Source: Eledone cirrhosa (taxonomy: Eukaryota). Taken from it: a stretch of 64,000 nt of DNA. Position numbers and translations under genes: made by a program. Below the pieces are notes generated by a model. That model made no database searches. It was given only the letters and a program-made list of their open reading frames with translations, and was not told the DNA's origin. Location: positions 399,652,001-399,716,000 of the forward strand of contig OZ024741.1 in assembly GCA_964016885.1 (NCBI GenBank), read 5' to 3'. Below, one piece after another: positions 14,138 through 27,000 of this stretch (its first letter is position 1; each line of letters starts with the position of its first letter).

Positions 14138-14439
14138 CTACAAGAGAAGAAGAGCACAATTTTATAAGATAATAAACATTAAATATATCGATTTTTAAAC
14201 CAAAATGTATTTAAAAGAAAAATAATTTTTATTTTTCGCTCTAACATAGAGGATACGTAAATGCATTCGTGAGTTTTATATCAAATAATAATATTTGATT
14301 CGTTTGCAAGCTAACACCTCGCCTATGTTTTATAGATGACCATCACCATCCTCTCTGTCACCGCTAAAACAAAAGGATGGTAATGGTCATCTATAAAAGC
14401 ATAGCCTAATGAATCGAATATTATTATTATTCGATATAA

Positions 14440-14655
14440 GGACGGTGGATTGACAGGATCGGTAGAGGGTCGGACGCCATGCTTGGCAGCATAGAATTAC
14501 AGCCCTTTACGTTCTGAGTTCAAATCCCACCGAGGTTAGCTTTGCCTTTCATTCTTACGGGGTCGATAAAATAATGCACCACTAATACACTGGGGTAATT
14601 TACTCGACTATTCCGTCACCCAAAACTGCTGGCCTTGTGCCTCTAGTAGAAATCA
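14440..14655 (+). mobile_element. tRNA-derived SINE family A
   Basis: A-box-like ggtggattg(a/g)cag..tcggtag, B box gagttcaaatccc, central gcctttcat.cttacggggtcgataaa; TSD attattattc(g/a)atataa. Other copies or fragments near 12370, 16290, 17225, 19200, 29810, 31370, 35990, 43200, 43650, 57165, 60130 and 63279. Confidence 0.8.
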
Positions 14656-14744
14656 TTATTATTCAATATAAAAACTCATTAATACTTATATTTTTTCAAT
14701 TAATATAATAAATAGAAAAGAAAGTGACGAGTTGGCAGTGTTTT

Positions 14745-15080
14745 CATCATCATCATCATTTCATTTTATGTCCACTTTTCCCTGCTTGCAAGGGTGGGAC
14801 GGGAACTGATTCTGGCTTGATTTCTACAGCTGAATGCCCTTCCTAACACCAACCTCATTTACAGTGAGTGCTGGGTGCTTTTTTGCCGTGGCACCTCCAC
14901 GACCACTTTGCAGTGGAATGATAGGGACCCCAGTCCCTATCATCTCATTTCTACAGCTGAGTAAACTGGAGCAATGTGAAATAAAGTGTCTTGCTCAAGG
15001 AAACAACACATCACCCGGTCTGAGGATTGAACTCACAACCTTTCGATTGCAAGGCCAATGCTCTAACCATTAAGCCATGT
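14745..15080 (-). mobile_element. tRNA/CORE-like SINE family B with RTE-C-type tail
   Basis: Head tggcttaatggttagagc...gagttcaatcctc; CORE-like ccttgagcaagacacttta; tail cccgtcccacccttgcaagcagggaaaag...(atg)n. Confidence 0.8.
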
Positions 15081-15145
15081 TATATAGAATGATTTTTGGT
15101 ATGTTATTCTACTTTCTACACACTGTGTTCAAATCATGCTAAGGT

Positions 15146-15610
15146 CAATCATCATCATCATCATCACCGTTTTACGTCCGTTCTTCCATGCTAGCATGGA
15201 TTAGACGGGTTGTCCTGTTGTGAGCAATGTCTGGTCGGCTGACCATGCCTTGCTCATACAGGAACTGATCATGGCTTGATTCCTACAGCTGGATGCCCTT
15301 CCTAACACCAACCTCATTTACAGTGAGTGCTGGGTGCTTTTTTCCGTGGTGCCTACACGTCCACTTTACAGTGTGGGCTGGGTTCTTTTTTTCCGTGGCA
15401 CCTCCACGACCACCTTGCAGTGGGAGGGTGTGGGGGCATATTGTCTATATGCTTCAGCTTGTACCCATGGGAGGTCGGGTACTCTGTATTACTGCATGAC
15501 GCCAGAGGTCACGGTCGTGTGTCATCGCCTTTGAGAGGTGTAATTGGGTAAGGTCGGCTTTTATCACCTCATCCCAGGTCTTCTTGGGTCTCCCCACTCC
15601 GCAGTTTCCA
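15146..15610 (-). mobile_element. 5'-truncated RTE-A LINE 3' end
   Basis: Near-identical to the reverse complement of 22250-22710; (gat)n tail. Confidence 0.85.
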
Positions 15611-16723
15611 TTGTCGTCAATGTCTTGACAAATTCTTCAACATCCCAACTCCTATATATTTCAGTACTAAGTTTTTTCATATAAAAAAAAATCCATATGA
15701 AAAATAAAAGAGGAAAAATACACATGGGAGGAAACCCACACACTCAATCACATATCACAAGAGGGGCTGGGTTTTCCCTTTAATATTTTTTTAGGGAAGC
15801 CAATATATTATCAACATTGCTGTGGGTGGTAACAAGGTCAAGACTTGCATTACATGGTTCATTGGTAAGGCGAGCCAACAACAATAACAAGAACTTCATT
15901 TTCAGTGGCTCAGCTCCCACAAAACTCTTGAATTCCATGCACTAAAGAAAATAATTTGCTGATAGTCCCGGATATTTTAGAATTGTATTCTGTTTGGCTA
16001 CACATGTGATAACTCTCACCATTACTGCAGCATTCAGGATGAGAGAAGGAGCAAAAGAGTTGCTAACTGTGGCATCCCAAGTCAGACATCTATCTTCTTC
16101 TTCTGAGCCCATAACTCCCAAGGTAGTCGTAGGGGCACTATGTTTACATATGGGTTTTCTAGGGGTTTTTTTTTAAACCTGGCGGAGCCCATCTCCTATT
16201 CAAGTCTGAATACAGCAGATTTCTTCCAGAGAAAGATAGAAAGTGAGAGAATGGAAGTGAGAAAGAGATATAGAGGAAGATTTGACTCCAGTACTTAACT
16301 GGTACTTTTTTTATCAACCTTAAATAGATGAAAGGCAAAATTGATCTTGGTAGGATTTGAACTCAGAGAACAGAGAGCCAGAACAAATACCACAAAGTAT
16401 TCTATCTGACGTTCTAATGACTCTGCCAATTAAACACCTCATTTACCTCTTACCCAGTGGCAAAAGGTAAAACAATCTATCCTTTACCTGTCATCCCTGG
16501 ACAGCTCAGCAGGTTTTAAAAGTGAAAGGATATTAACTTGAACCAAGTCCCACCTGATGATTAGTTCCAGTTTGGTATGACAAGCAAAGGAACCTGCGTT
16601 CCTACAATCCATGCAAGACCCATGCTAAGTTAATATACATCTTAATCAGCTACCGAATAAATTATATAGTTTGGTAGCTTACCTGTGTGTGGGATAGAAC
16701 ATACCATGAACACCTATGCTAAG

Positions 16724-17586
16724 TCTATATATAAAGTTGTAGTCCTGTCTGTTTGTTTGTTTGTTCACGAACTACTCCTATGGTTTTGGAGATCGACCCC
16801 ATAACCATTTATATTCTGAAACTACATTGCCCAGGGTACTTGGATAAGTATATTTCATTTTAATCAAAGCGCTCCTCGGGGGCACAAAACCCCTGCTGAA
16901 AATGTTTTCCCTTCGATTTATATGAAATTTAAACCTCAGGTAAATGACAAGATATGATGCCTATTTACAAATTTCAGTAAATTTCAATAATATTAAGATA
17001 CCCTAATGGGGGTTAAACCACCTATTAGGGTTCCCTGGAGGCACAAGCCCCTGCTGAAAATGTTTTCCCTTCGATTTATATGAAATTTAAACCAAAGGTA
17101 AATGACAAGATATGATGCCTATTTACAAAGGTTTTGAATTGATATTTTGAAAAAAAATTATTTACTAGAAACAAAATAAAAATAAGATTTAATGATGTAA
17201 TTTTCATTTGATATATTACAAAAAATAATTGTTTCTACTTTTAGCACAAGGCCAGCAATTATCCCAGTGTATTAGTGGTACTTTATTTTATCGACCCCGT
17301 AAGTATGAAAGGCAAAGTTAACCTCAGTGGGATTTGAACTCAGTCCGTAAAGGGACGTAATTGTGCTGCAAAGCATGGCGTCCGACCCTCTACCGATACT
17401 GCCAATCCACCGCCCTTATATTACAAAAAATTATGTTTTCCAATTTTCATGCATTACATTTTACATTGAGTAATATTGAAATGCAGAATTTTTCTCCATA
17501 AATTATATCACTGATTTAAAATCAATCATCATTTTCTTGCAAAAAAAAATGTGTGAAACACAGCAAGGCGCGGGTAATTCAGTTAG
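16724..17586 (+). mobile_element. Non-autonomous Helitron-like element with a nested SINE-A (17225-17417) and an internal ~90-bp duplication
   Basis: Starts TCTATATATAAA followed by (gttt)n. Ends cacagcaaggcgcgggtaattcagTTAG|T (degenerate hairpin and CTAG). SINE TSD atattacaaaaaa. Confidence 0.55.
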
Positions 17587-17594
17587 TATATATA

Positions 17595-17911
17595 TAAGGT
17601 GGTATCAAAAGGTTCCTGACTAGTTCTGTAGTACACCAACAGATGGCAACTCACAGTTGTGCATGCAATGGGAGTTAGCAATGACCTTCATGCACCAGTG
17701 TGCCGAGTAACATCCAGAGCGAATTGCAGAATGTCCTCGACTCACAGAAAACTACTTCCAGACTAGATTCCAAAAGTGAGAGAAACACTGAGACCGGTGT
17801 ATTGCTGTGCAAGGTGACTATTTCAAAGGAGAGGAGGATATCAAAACATTGCTAAATATATTAGTTTGTTTTTAAACATAACTAGTCTGGGAAGTTATTG
17901 ATACCACCTCG
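17595..17911 (+). mobile_element. Mariner-type internally deleted element
   Basis: TA|taaggtggtatcaaaaggttcctgactagtt ... aactagtctgggaagttattgataccacctcg|TA. An internal remnant translates DRCIAVQGDYFKG, resembling a mariner transposase C-terminus. Confidence 0.75.
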
Positions 17912-17958
17912 TACTTCTTAGTTAACTACTGGATAAATTATATAGTTTGGGGGCTTAC

Positions 17959-18207
17959 CTGTAGAAGGTGGGACAGTAGTTTGAGTGGAAGTAGACTGAG
18001 GAGATGTAACAGTTGTTGCATTACTGGTTACTGTTGTTTCTGTAGATGATGGTACCATAGATGATGACACTGCAGTTGTTGTCATGCTCTCTGATGTCAT
18101 CTGAGAAGGACTATATGTAGTTGTTGTACCAGTTTGTTGGCTTGTTAATCTCGATGTAGAAATATGAGATGTCCCAGATATTGTTGTAGACTTAGATGTT
18201 GTCTTAG
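17959..18207 (-). CDS. Mucin exon J: Ser/Thr-rich exon
   Basis: catatttcag|CTAAG ... ACAG|gtaagc; 249 nt, phase 1-1; AKTTSKSTTISG...QTTVPPST. Confidence 0.85.
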
Positions 18208-18372
18208 CTGAAATATGAAATATAATAACAAATTGTATTTTTGACCTCATTCAAACTTTTGGGTGTGAAATCAATAATCTATTGAACCACTGATAACTTA
18301 GTTATCAGCGTTTATTGAGCTACAATTTTCTTTTACTATTGTTGTCAACAACTGGCATGTAGGACCACATAA

Positions 18373-18592
18373 CCCTTTAGCATTTACATTATTCTATATT
18401 TACTATTGTATTTTTGTGGTAAAGGCTTTACTTCACATAATTATCTCACATAATATTGAATCTACGAGGTTTTGATGTTATTTATTTTGAGAAAAATACC
18501 TTAACATTAGTATGAGTGGCTCGTTATGGTTGGTTGAACAGAAAGGGGTGAGAGAATTCTGGCCGGATAACGCTGGTTTAAATGCTAAAGGG
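18373..18592 (-). mobile_element. piggyBac-type MITE copy
   Basis: Same TIRs; ATAA/TTAA flanks. Confidence 0.8.
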
Positions 18593-20107
18593 TTAAAATG
18601 TGTATTTGAATGTTTTCCTCGGAAAATTATGTGAACCTAACTTAGCTTAAGTTAGGGGTTCCCAGCCTTTTTACTATTAAGTACCCTTTTTTTTTTAAAC
18701 TTACAACCCCCCACCCCCACCCCCCATCCACCCCCAGATTGTTATACAGCGAGAACAATTGAAAGTGAGAAATGTTTTATAATGGATACAAAATAGTGTG
18801 TACATGTAAAGTACGCTTGAAATGTTGAACATGGCTCACAGCCCCTAGCCTGCTAGTTTTGTAGAACCCAGTTGGGGTACCACTGGCCTTGATCATTAAC
18901 TGGTTTCTATAACAGGAATAATTTTATTTGCATAAGTCAACAAAGTATCATGCTAAATATTAAAGAATTATAAGAGATATACTATCATCAGTACTATGAT
19001 GTCAACAGTCAGTAGCTCAGTCTGCTTGGCTGTAAATACTCACCACTGTTCCTTCAGTATTTTAAAATCTATACATTTCATAGATTTTTCTATTATAAAC
19101 TCTTATAATAAACAAAGATTACCAGGTAACCAACTTTTTCATTGCCTTCATCTTACCGTCCATTTTGTATTGTTTAGTCTTATTACATATATCACTTTCC
19201 AGTGGCAATATTGGTAGAGGATCAGACACCATGCTTTGCAGTTCAAATCCCGCTAAGGTTAACTTTATGGGGTCGATAACATAAAGTACCAGTAATACAC
19301 TGGGATAATTGCTGGCCTTGTACCAAAACTAGAAACAATTATATAATATATACAATGCTTCAAGCAAACTACAAGATTTAATTAAACTCTTATGTTTTTA
19401 ATAGAAGGTTCTATATATTGACTTTTAACATCCTGTACCACATGAAACTGCATGAATAAGACATTCTAGAAAAATACAAAACTACTATGACTGCATCACA
19501 TTAAATTGCTAAATATGAGAAGGGCACCCAGTAGTCATGACCTGGATGCAGTCAGGACCTTGCTGAGTATTAGAAGTTAAGGGCTGAAACACTTGCTTGA
19601 GTGGGGGAAAGGTTTTTTTTATCCCTAAAGATCTTGTGATATCCAACTCTCCTGAAAGTTTTTTACCACTAAAGTTTAATGTCAACTTTCACAAAGATCT
19701 GTCTGTTAGTAAAGATACTATAAACATTTGAATTAACAAACCTACTTTAAAATATTTTCTACTAAATCACTACAGAGGTTTAAGAGTTACAGACTTCTAT
19801 ACTTTCAATAGAATATTTATAAGTGATGTAAACTACTTAATAAACAGTTTTAAAGGTTCACATATAACATATGGTTAGCCTATGAAGGGGTGATGCTAGA
19901 GCTGTGAAATCTTGCATGCATTAATTTAAACTCTTCTTGTTGATAACTGCATTGTTTCTTTCTAGGGACTATGGGACTATTTTGAAAAATAAACCACATT
20001 TGGTCATCCCATGAGAGAATCTTAGTCAGCTGACCCTTGTATTAGTTATAACTGCCTTACCTGTATCTTGATCAGTCAACCCTCGTATTAGCTAATATAT
20101 GTCTTAC

Positions 20108-20191
20108 CTGTGATTAATGTGCTTCCTGACAATGTTGTTGGGGCTGGAGATGATTTCTTTTCACCTGTTGGAGACGTTGTTTTAACAGTAC
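20108..20191 (-). CDS. Mucin exon I: short PTS exon
   Basis: ttttttttttccag|GTACT ... ACAG|gtaaga; 84 nt, phase 1-1; GTVKTTSPTGEKKSSPAPTTLSGSTLIT. Confidence 0.78.
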
Positions 20192-20559
20192 CTGGAAAAA
20201 AAAAACACCATGGAAAGAAGCATTAAACCTATTTAATCTGAACTGAACTTTCATGGGGACATGTACAAACACAAACTGTTGTGTGTATCCCAGTTTTAAG
20301 AATAGGTACACTCTACCCCTGTATGTCTTAAAAGGCAACTAAAAGGGTTGGTATCAGGAAAGGCATCCGGCTGAAAAACATTGTCTCCACATAATCTGTC
20401 CAATCTATGGCAGCCTGGAAAAGTGTAGGTAATGACAATGATGATGGAATATATTCTACACACTTATTAGAAGAGAACAGCTCACTTCGATCACAAATGA
20501 CCATGGTATTGCATCTAGAAAATACTCCTCTGAGACACAAACTTCAGCAAGGTGTGTTT

Positions 20560-20842
20560 GTGGAAGATCAGCAGTCGCCTATGCATGCCAGTCTCTCCTT
20601 GTCATACTACTGATGTTGTTCCAAGAGAAAGGTAATGGTCAATACAGCTTGGCACCAGTGACAGTCACAAGTCACTGGTGAGAATGACCAGTCACAACTC
20701 ATTTCTACAACTGAGTGAACTGAAGCAACTTGCAATAAAGTGGTTTTCTCAAGAACACAACACACTGCCTGGTCCGGAATTCAAACTCACAACCTTATGA
20801 TTGTGAGCTCAGCACTCTAGCCACTAAGCTACGTCCCTTCAC
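20560..20842 (-). mobile_element. Degenerate CORE-like SINE (family B-related)
   Basis: ctcatttctacaactgagtgaactg...ctcaagaacacaacacactgcctggtccggaattcaaactc. Confidence 0.6.
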
Positions 20843-21463
20843 ACACTTATATAAACCTAATTATTATAGATTAGTCAAAGGATCAAGGACAGCTTGGTAG
20901 AAGAAACTGAGCATAATCCGAAAGCTTTCAAAGTGGTGTTTCTGCAAAAGGTTTGCAAGTGATATATTGTGGTGTTAACTAAGGGGTTTATTAATTTTAC
21001 AACACTACAACCATTATAATCCATTTAACAGGCTCCCTCATAGTTTTATCTCTGAATTTGACTCAGAAGAGCTGGTATGATCCCTTATTGTTATCAATTA
21101 AGGCTTCGGGCTGGTCATTTGTGAAATGTGTATTACACATTATTGTGAATATTTTAATTGAAACTTTGATCTCTTTTTCTTAATATTATGCCAATAACAA
21201 ACATATAGTAATGTTAATACACACTTTTAACACTGAATATGCAGTTCATATAAAAGAAAAGAGTATGAAAAAGAAATGGGTGCCAGCTATAGTAATATAT
21301 TATTACTCACCAACAAGCACAATATGTATATATATATATGTATATATGTGTATATATATGTAAATGAGACTTTAAAATATGTAAGGCATTCACTTGTATT
21401 TAATTGATTCTGAGGAGTTATTTTTACAGGAATGAATATATTCTTGCTAGTCTAATGAAACCT

Positions 21464-22711
21464 TTATAGCTGAATCTATGGTAGAACTAGAGAATAAATT
21501 CCAAACCTGGAAGCAGGGACTAGAGAGAAAGGGCCTCAAAGTCAACATGACAAAGACTAAGGTCCTTATAAGTAGACGAGAAAACAGAACCCAGATCCCC
21601 TCAGGGAAATGGCCTTGCTCAGTATGTAGGAAAGGTGTAGGTAGGAACTCCATTCTTTGCCCCAAATGCAAACAATGGGTACACAAGAGATGTAGCGGGA
21701 TCTCAGGAAGCTTAATTAAGAATGTAGGATTCACATGCAGCAGCTGTGCTGAAACAGCAAGCAAACAGCCACAGGAAACAAGTACCACCAATCTCTGGGA
21801 GGGCCCTGTAGAAACAGTAGACAGCTTCTGCTACCTAGGTGACCGAATTAGCAATGGAGGTGGGTGCTCAGAAAGTACAATAACTAGGGTAAGAACGGGA
21901 TGGAAGAAGTTTAGGGAACTACTACCACTGCTAGCTGCAAAAGGCTTCTCCCTCAGAATGAAAGGCAGACTGTATGATGCGTGTATCCGAACAGCGATGT
22001 TGCATGGTAGTGAGACCTGGGCGCTGAAGGTGGAAGACTTACGTAGATTAGAGAGAAACGAAGCCTGCATGCTCCGATGGATGTGTAACAGTAATATACG
22101 TGAACGACAAAGCATAAATGAATTAAGAGAGAGACTGAGCATAAGAGGAATCAAATGCTGCGTGCAGGAGAGGCGGTTACGCTGGTATGGACATGTGATG
22201 CGTATGAAGGATGACAGCTGCATAAAAAGGTGCAGAGCACTAGAAGTTGATGGAAACCGCGGAGTGGGGAGACCCAAGATGACTTGGGATGAGGTGATAA
22301 AAGCCGACCTTACCCAACTACACCTCTCAAAGTCAATGACACACGACCGTGACTTCTGGCGTCACGCAGTAATACAGGGTACCCGACCTCCCATGGGTAC
22401 ATGCTGAAGCATATAAACAATATGCCCCCCCACCCCCACCGCAAGGTGGTCGTGGAGGTGCCACGGCAAAAAAGCACCCAGCCCACACTGTAAAGTGGAC
22501 GTGTAGGCGCCACGAAAAAGCACCCAGCACTCACTGTAAATGAGGTTGGTGTTAGGAAGGGCATCCAGCTGTAGAAATCAAGCCAGATCAGTTCCTGTAT
22601 GAGCAAGGCATGGTCAGCCGACCAGACACTGCCCACAACAGGACAACCCGTCTAACCCATGCTAGCGTGGAAGAACGGACGTAAAACGGTGATGATGATG
22701 ATGATGATGAT
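21464..22711 (+). mobile_element. RTE-clade LINE 'RTE-A', 5'-truncated; ORF 21478..22407 covers RT end, PHD-like finger and C-terminus; ~300-bp 3' UTR; (gat)n tail
   Basis: Motifs GLKVNMTKTKV, FCYLGD, LHGSETW, RRLRWYGHVMR, GRPKMTW. Confidence 0.92.
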
Positions 22712-23069
22712 AAATCTATTGAATGCTTTAATAATAGTAATGCTTATTTAATTTTTCATTTATATATATATATGCATGTATGTATGTATGTATGCATACC
22801 AGGATTTAAATTACATTAAATCATTTGATTGTTGAACATTTCGATTATCTAAAATATTTCATATATATATATATATGTGTGTGTGTGTGTACATGTGGCT
22901 TTCCCAGGGCTTATCTCTAGCTCCTTTGTAATTATATAAAGTATCTCCCTGCAATCTTCTGACAAAGTTATGTACCCCCTATTGTAACTCTAGTATAGAG
23001 TTATGGCAGGGAATTATGCATCATTTTACCCCAGTGCAAATGATGGGGAAACATTTCATTTTTACCTCC

Positions 23070-24035
23070 ATAAAACTAAAGGCATTCACCTGCATAAACA
23101 TACAGGCATTCACCTGCATAAATATACAGACATTCGCCTGCATAAATATACAGGCATTCGCCTGCATAAATATACAGGCATTCACCTGCATAAACATACA
23201 GGCATTCACCTGCATAAACATACAGGTATTCAGCTGCATAAACATACAGGCATTCGCCTGCATAAATATACAGGCATTCACCTGCATAAACATACAGGCA
23301 TTCACCTGCATAAACATACAGGTATTCAGCTGCATAAACATACAAGCATTCACCTGCATAAACATACAGGCATTCACCTGCATAAACATACAACCATTCA
23401 CCTGTATAAAACTAAAGACATATGCCTGTATAAAACTAAAGACATATGCCTGTATAAAACTAAAGACATATGCCTATATAAAACTAAAGACATATGCCTG
23501 TATAAAACTAAAGACATATGCCTGTATAAAACTAAAGACATTCACCTGCATAAAACTAAAGACATTCACCTGTATAAAACTAAAGACATATGCCTGTATA
23601 AAACTAAAGACATATGCCTGTTTAAACTAAAGACATTCACCTGTATAAAACTAAAGACATTCACCTGTATAAAACTAAAGACATTCACCTGCATAAAACT
23701 AAAGACATATGCCTGTATAAAACTAAAGACATATACCTGCATAAAACTAAAGACATATGCCTGTATAAAACTAAAGACATTCACCTGCATAAAACTAAAG
23801 ACATATGCCTGTATAAAACTAAAGACATATACCTGCATAAAACTAAAGACATATGCCTGTATAAAACTAAAGACATATGCCTGTATAAAACTAAAGACAT
23901 ATGCCTGTATAAAACTAAAGACATATGCCTGTATAAAACTAAAGACATATGCCTGTATAAAACTAAAGACATATGCCTGTATAAAACTAAAGACATATAC
24001 CTGCATAAAACTAAAGACATATACCTGTATAAAAT
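23070..24035. repeat. 24-bp minisatellite (~40 copies, two subtype zones) abutting the donor of exon H
   Basis: taaaactaaagacatatgcctgta / taaacatacaggcattcacctgca. Confidence 0.93.
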
Positions 24036-24047
24036 ATTGATAAATAC

Positions 24048-27000
24048 CTGATGTGGTTGGATATGGAGTGGCAACAGTAGAAGTAGAGGAAACTGGAGTT
24101 GCAGAGGACGGTGTTGATGATGGTGCAATTGATGCTGTTGTTGTAGGAGGTGTTGTTGTTGATGGAGCAGCTGTTTCAACTGATGATGGTGGAGCAGCTG
24201 TCGTCTTTTCAGCTTGTGTTGTTGTAACTGTTGCTGCAGTTGTTGACAATGATGATGCTATTGTTGTAGCTGATGGGAGTACAATAGTTGTAGCAGTAAC
24301 AGTAGGAGTACCTGTTGGTGCAGCAGTCGTTATTGCTGATGTTGATGTAATTGCAGTTGTTGTTACTGATGGCACAGTTGTTGTTGGTGCTGATGTGGTT
24401 TCTGCTGTTGTTTGTGCTGGTGGTGCAGTTGTTGTAGTTGGTGCAGTTGTTGTTGTTACTGGTGGTGTGACTGATCTTGTTACTGCTGATGATGCAGCTG
24501 TTGTTGATGGTGCAGCTGTTGTTGATGGTGCGGCTGTTGTTTCTGCAGCTGTTGTTTGTGGTGATGGTGCAGCTGTTGTTGATGGTGCGGCTGTTGTTTC
24601 TGCAGATGTTGCAGCTGTTGTTTGTGGTGATGGTGCAACTGTTGTTGATGGTGCGGCTGTTGTTTCTGCAGATGTTGCAGCTGTTGTTTGTGGTGATGGT
24701 GCAGCTGTTGTTGTTGTTACTGGAGGTGTCACTGATGTTGTTACTGCTGATGGTGGAGCTGTTGTTGATGGTGCAGCTGTTGTTTCTGCAGATTGTGGTG
24801 ATGGTGCAACAGTTGTTGTTACTGGTGGTGTGACTGATGTTGTTACTGTTGATGGTGCAGCTGATGTTGTTGTTGATAGTACACCTGTTGTTTTTACTGG
24901 TGGTGTCACTGATGTTGTTACTGCTGATGGTGCAGCTGTTGTTTCTGCTGGTGTTGCAGCTGTTGTCTGTGCAGTTGTTGATGGTGCAGCTGTTGTTATA
25001 GCAGATATTGCAGCTGTTTGTGTTGATGGTGCAGTTGTTGTTGATGGTGCAGCTGTTGTTGATGGTGGGGCTGTTGTTTCTGCAGGTGTTGCAGCTGTTG
25101 TTTGTGCTGACAGTGCAGTTGTTGTTGATAGTGCAGCTGTTGTTGTTGTTGTTACTGGTGGTACTGCTGATGTTGTTGATGGTGCAGCTGGTGTTGTTGT
25201 TGATAGTGTAGCTGTTGTTGTTTCTGCTGTTGGTGCAGCTGTTGTTACAGCAGATGTTGCTGTTGGTGTAGCTGTTGTTGATGGTACAGCTGTTGTTGTT
25301 GTTACTGGTGGAGCAACTGATGTTGTTAATGGTGATGGTGCAGCTGATGTTGTTGATAGTGCACCTGTTGTCGTTGATAGTGAAGCTGTTGTTGTTTCTG
25401 CTGTTGGTGCAATAGTTGTTGCAGAGTGTGCCCCTGTTGAAGCTGTTGTAGTGACAGTTGGTGCAACAGTTGTTTCTGCTGGGGTTTCAGCTGTTGTCTG
25501 TGCTGATGGTGCAGTTGTTGTTGATGTTACTGGTGGTGCGACTGATGTTGTTACTGTAGTTGTTGCTGTTGGTGAGGTAGTAATCGGGGTTACTGGTGTT
25601 GCAGCTGGTGTTGTTGATGGTGCAGCTGATGTTGTTGTTGATAGTTCAGCTGTTGTTGTTGTTGTTTCTGTAGGTGAAACAGTTGTCTTAGTAGGAACAG
25701 TAGTTTTTGTTGTTGGTGCAGCTGTGACTGTTGGTACTGAGGTACTTTCTCCAGTTGGTTTACCAGTTGTTGGTACAGCTGTGGCTGTTGTTTTAGGGGT
25801 ACTTTCTACAGTTGGTTGACCAGTTGTTGGTACAGATGTCACTGTTGTTTTAGGGGTACTTTCTCCAGTTGGTTGACCAGTTGTTGGTACAGCTGTGGCT
25901 GTTAATTTAGGGGTACTTTCTACAGTTGGTTGACCAGTTGTTGGTACAGCTGTGGCTGTTGATTTAGGGGTACTTTCTACAGTTGGTTGACCAGTTGTTG
26001 GTACAGATGTCACTGTTGTTTTAGGGGTACTTTCTACAGTTGGTTGACCAGTTGTTGGTACAGCTGTGGCTGTTGGTTTTAAGGTACTTTCTACAGTTGG
26101 TTGACCAGTTGTTGGTACAGCTGTGGCTGTTGGTTTAGGTGTACTTTCTACAGTTGGTTGACCAGTTGTTGGTACAGCTGTGGCTGTTGTTTTAGGGGTA
26201 CTTTCTACAGTTGGTTTACCAGTTGTTGGTACAGATGTCACTGTTGTTTTAGGGGTACTTTCTACAGTTGGTTTACCAGTTGTTGGTACAGCTGTGGCTG
26301 TTGATTTAGGGGTACTTTCTACAGTTGGTTGACCAGTTGTTGGTGAAGATGTCACTGTTGTTTTAGGGGTACTTTCTACAGTTGGTTGACCAGTTGTTGG
26401 TACAGCTGTGACTGTTGTTTTAGAGGTACTTTCTACAGTTGGTTGACCAGTTGTTGGTACAGCTGTTGCTGTTGGTACTGAGGTACTTTCTACAGTTGGT
26501 TGACCAGTTGTTGGTACAGCTGTGGCTGTTGTTTTAGGGGTACTTTCTACAGTTGGTTGAACAGTTGTTGGTACAGCTGTGGCTGTTGGTACTGAGGTAC
26601 TTTCTACAGTTGGTTGACCAGTTGTTGGTACAGCTGTGGCTGTTGGTACTGAGGTACTTTCTACAGTTGGTTGACCAGTTGTTGGTACAGCTGTGGCTGT
26701 TGTTTTAGGGGTACTTTCTCCAGTTGGTTGACCAGTTGTTGGTACAGCTGTGGCTGTTGTTTTAGGGGTACTTTCTACAGTTGGTTGAACAGTTGTTGGT
26801 ACAGCTGTGACTGTTGTTTTAGGGGTACTTTCTACAGTTGGTTGACCAGTTGTTGGTACAGCTGTGGCTGTTGGTTTTGAGGTACTTTCTACAGTTGGTT
26901 GACCAGTTGTTGGTACAGCTGTGGCTGTTGTTTTAGGGGTACTTTCTCCAGTTGGTTTACCAGTTGTTGGTACAGATGTCACTGTTGTTTTAGGGGTACT

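Noticed and set aside
16480-16700. Possible extra exons at ttacctg donor-like motifs
   Set aside because: No matching acceptor or PTS/Cys-type frame; looks like decayed repeat.
18650-18890. hAT-like MITE; also pogo/Tigger-like remnants at ~28985-29600
   Set aside because: Termini too degenerate to define TIRs or a TSD by eye.
21060-21150. Another hammerhead-like motif (CAGAAGA...GAAATGTGT/ACACATT)
   Set aside because: Stems I and II do not form and the core is mutated.
23003-24040. His/Lys-rich (HKHTGIHL) and Cys-repeat ORFs
   Set aside because: Products of the 24-bp minisatellite.
24053-25819. 588-aa Val/Ala/Gly-rich plus-strand ORF and smaller ORFs to 28400
   Set aside because: Antisense or alternative-frame shadows of the Thr/Pro/Ala codons of the mucin exon.
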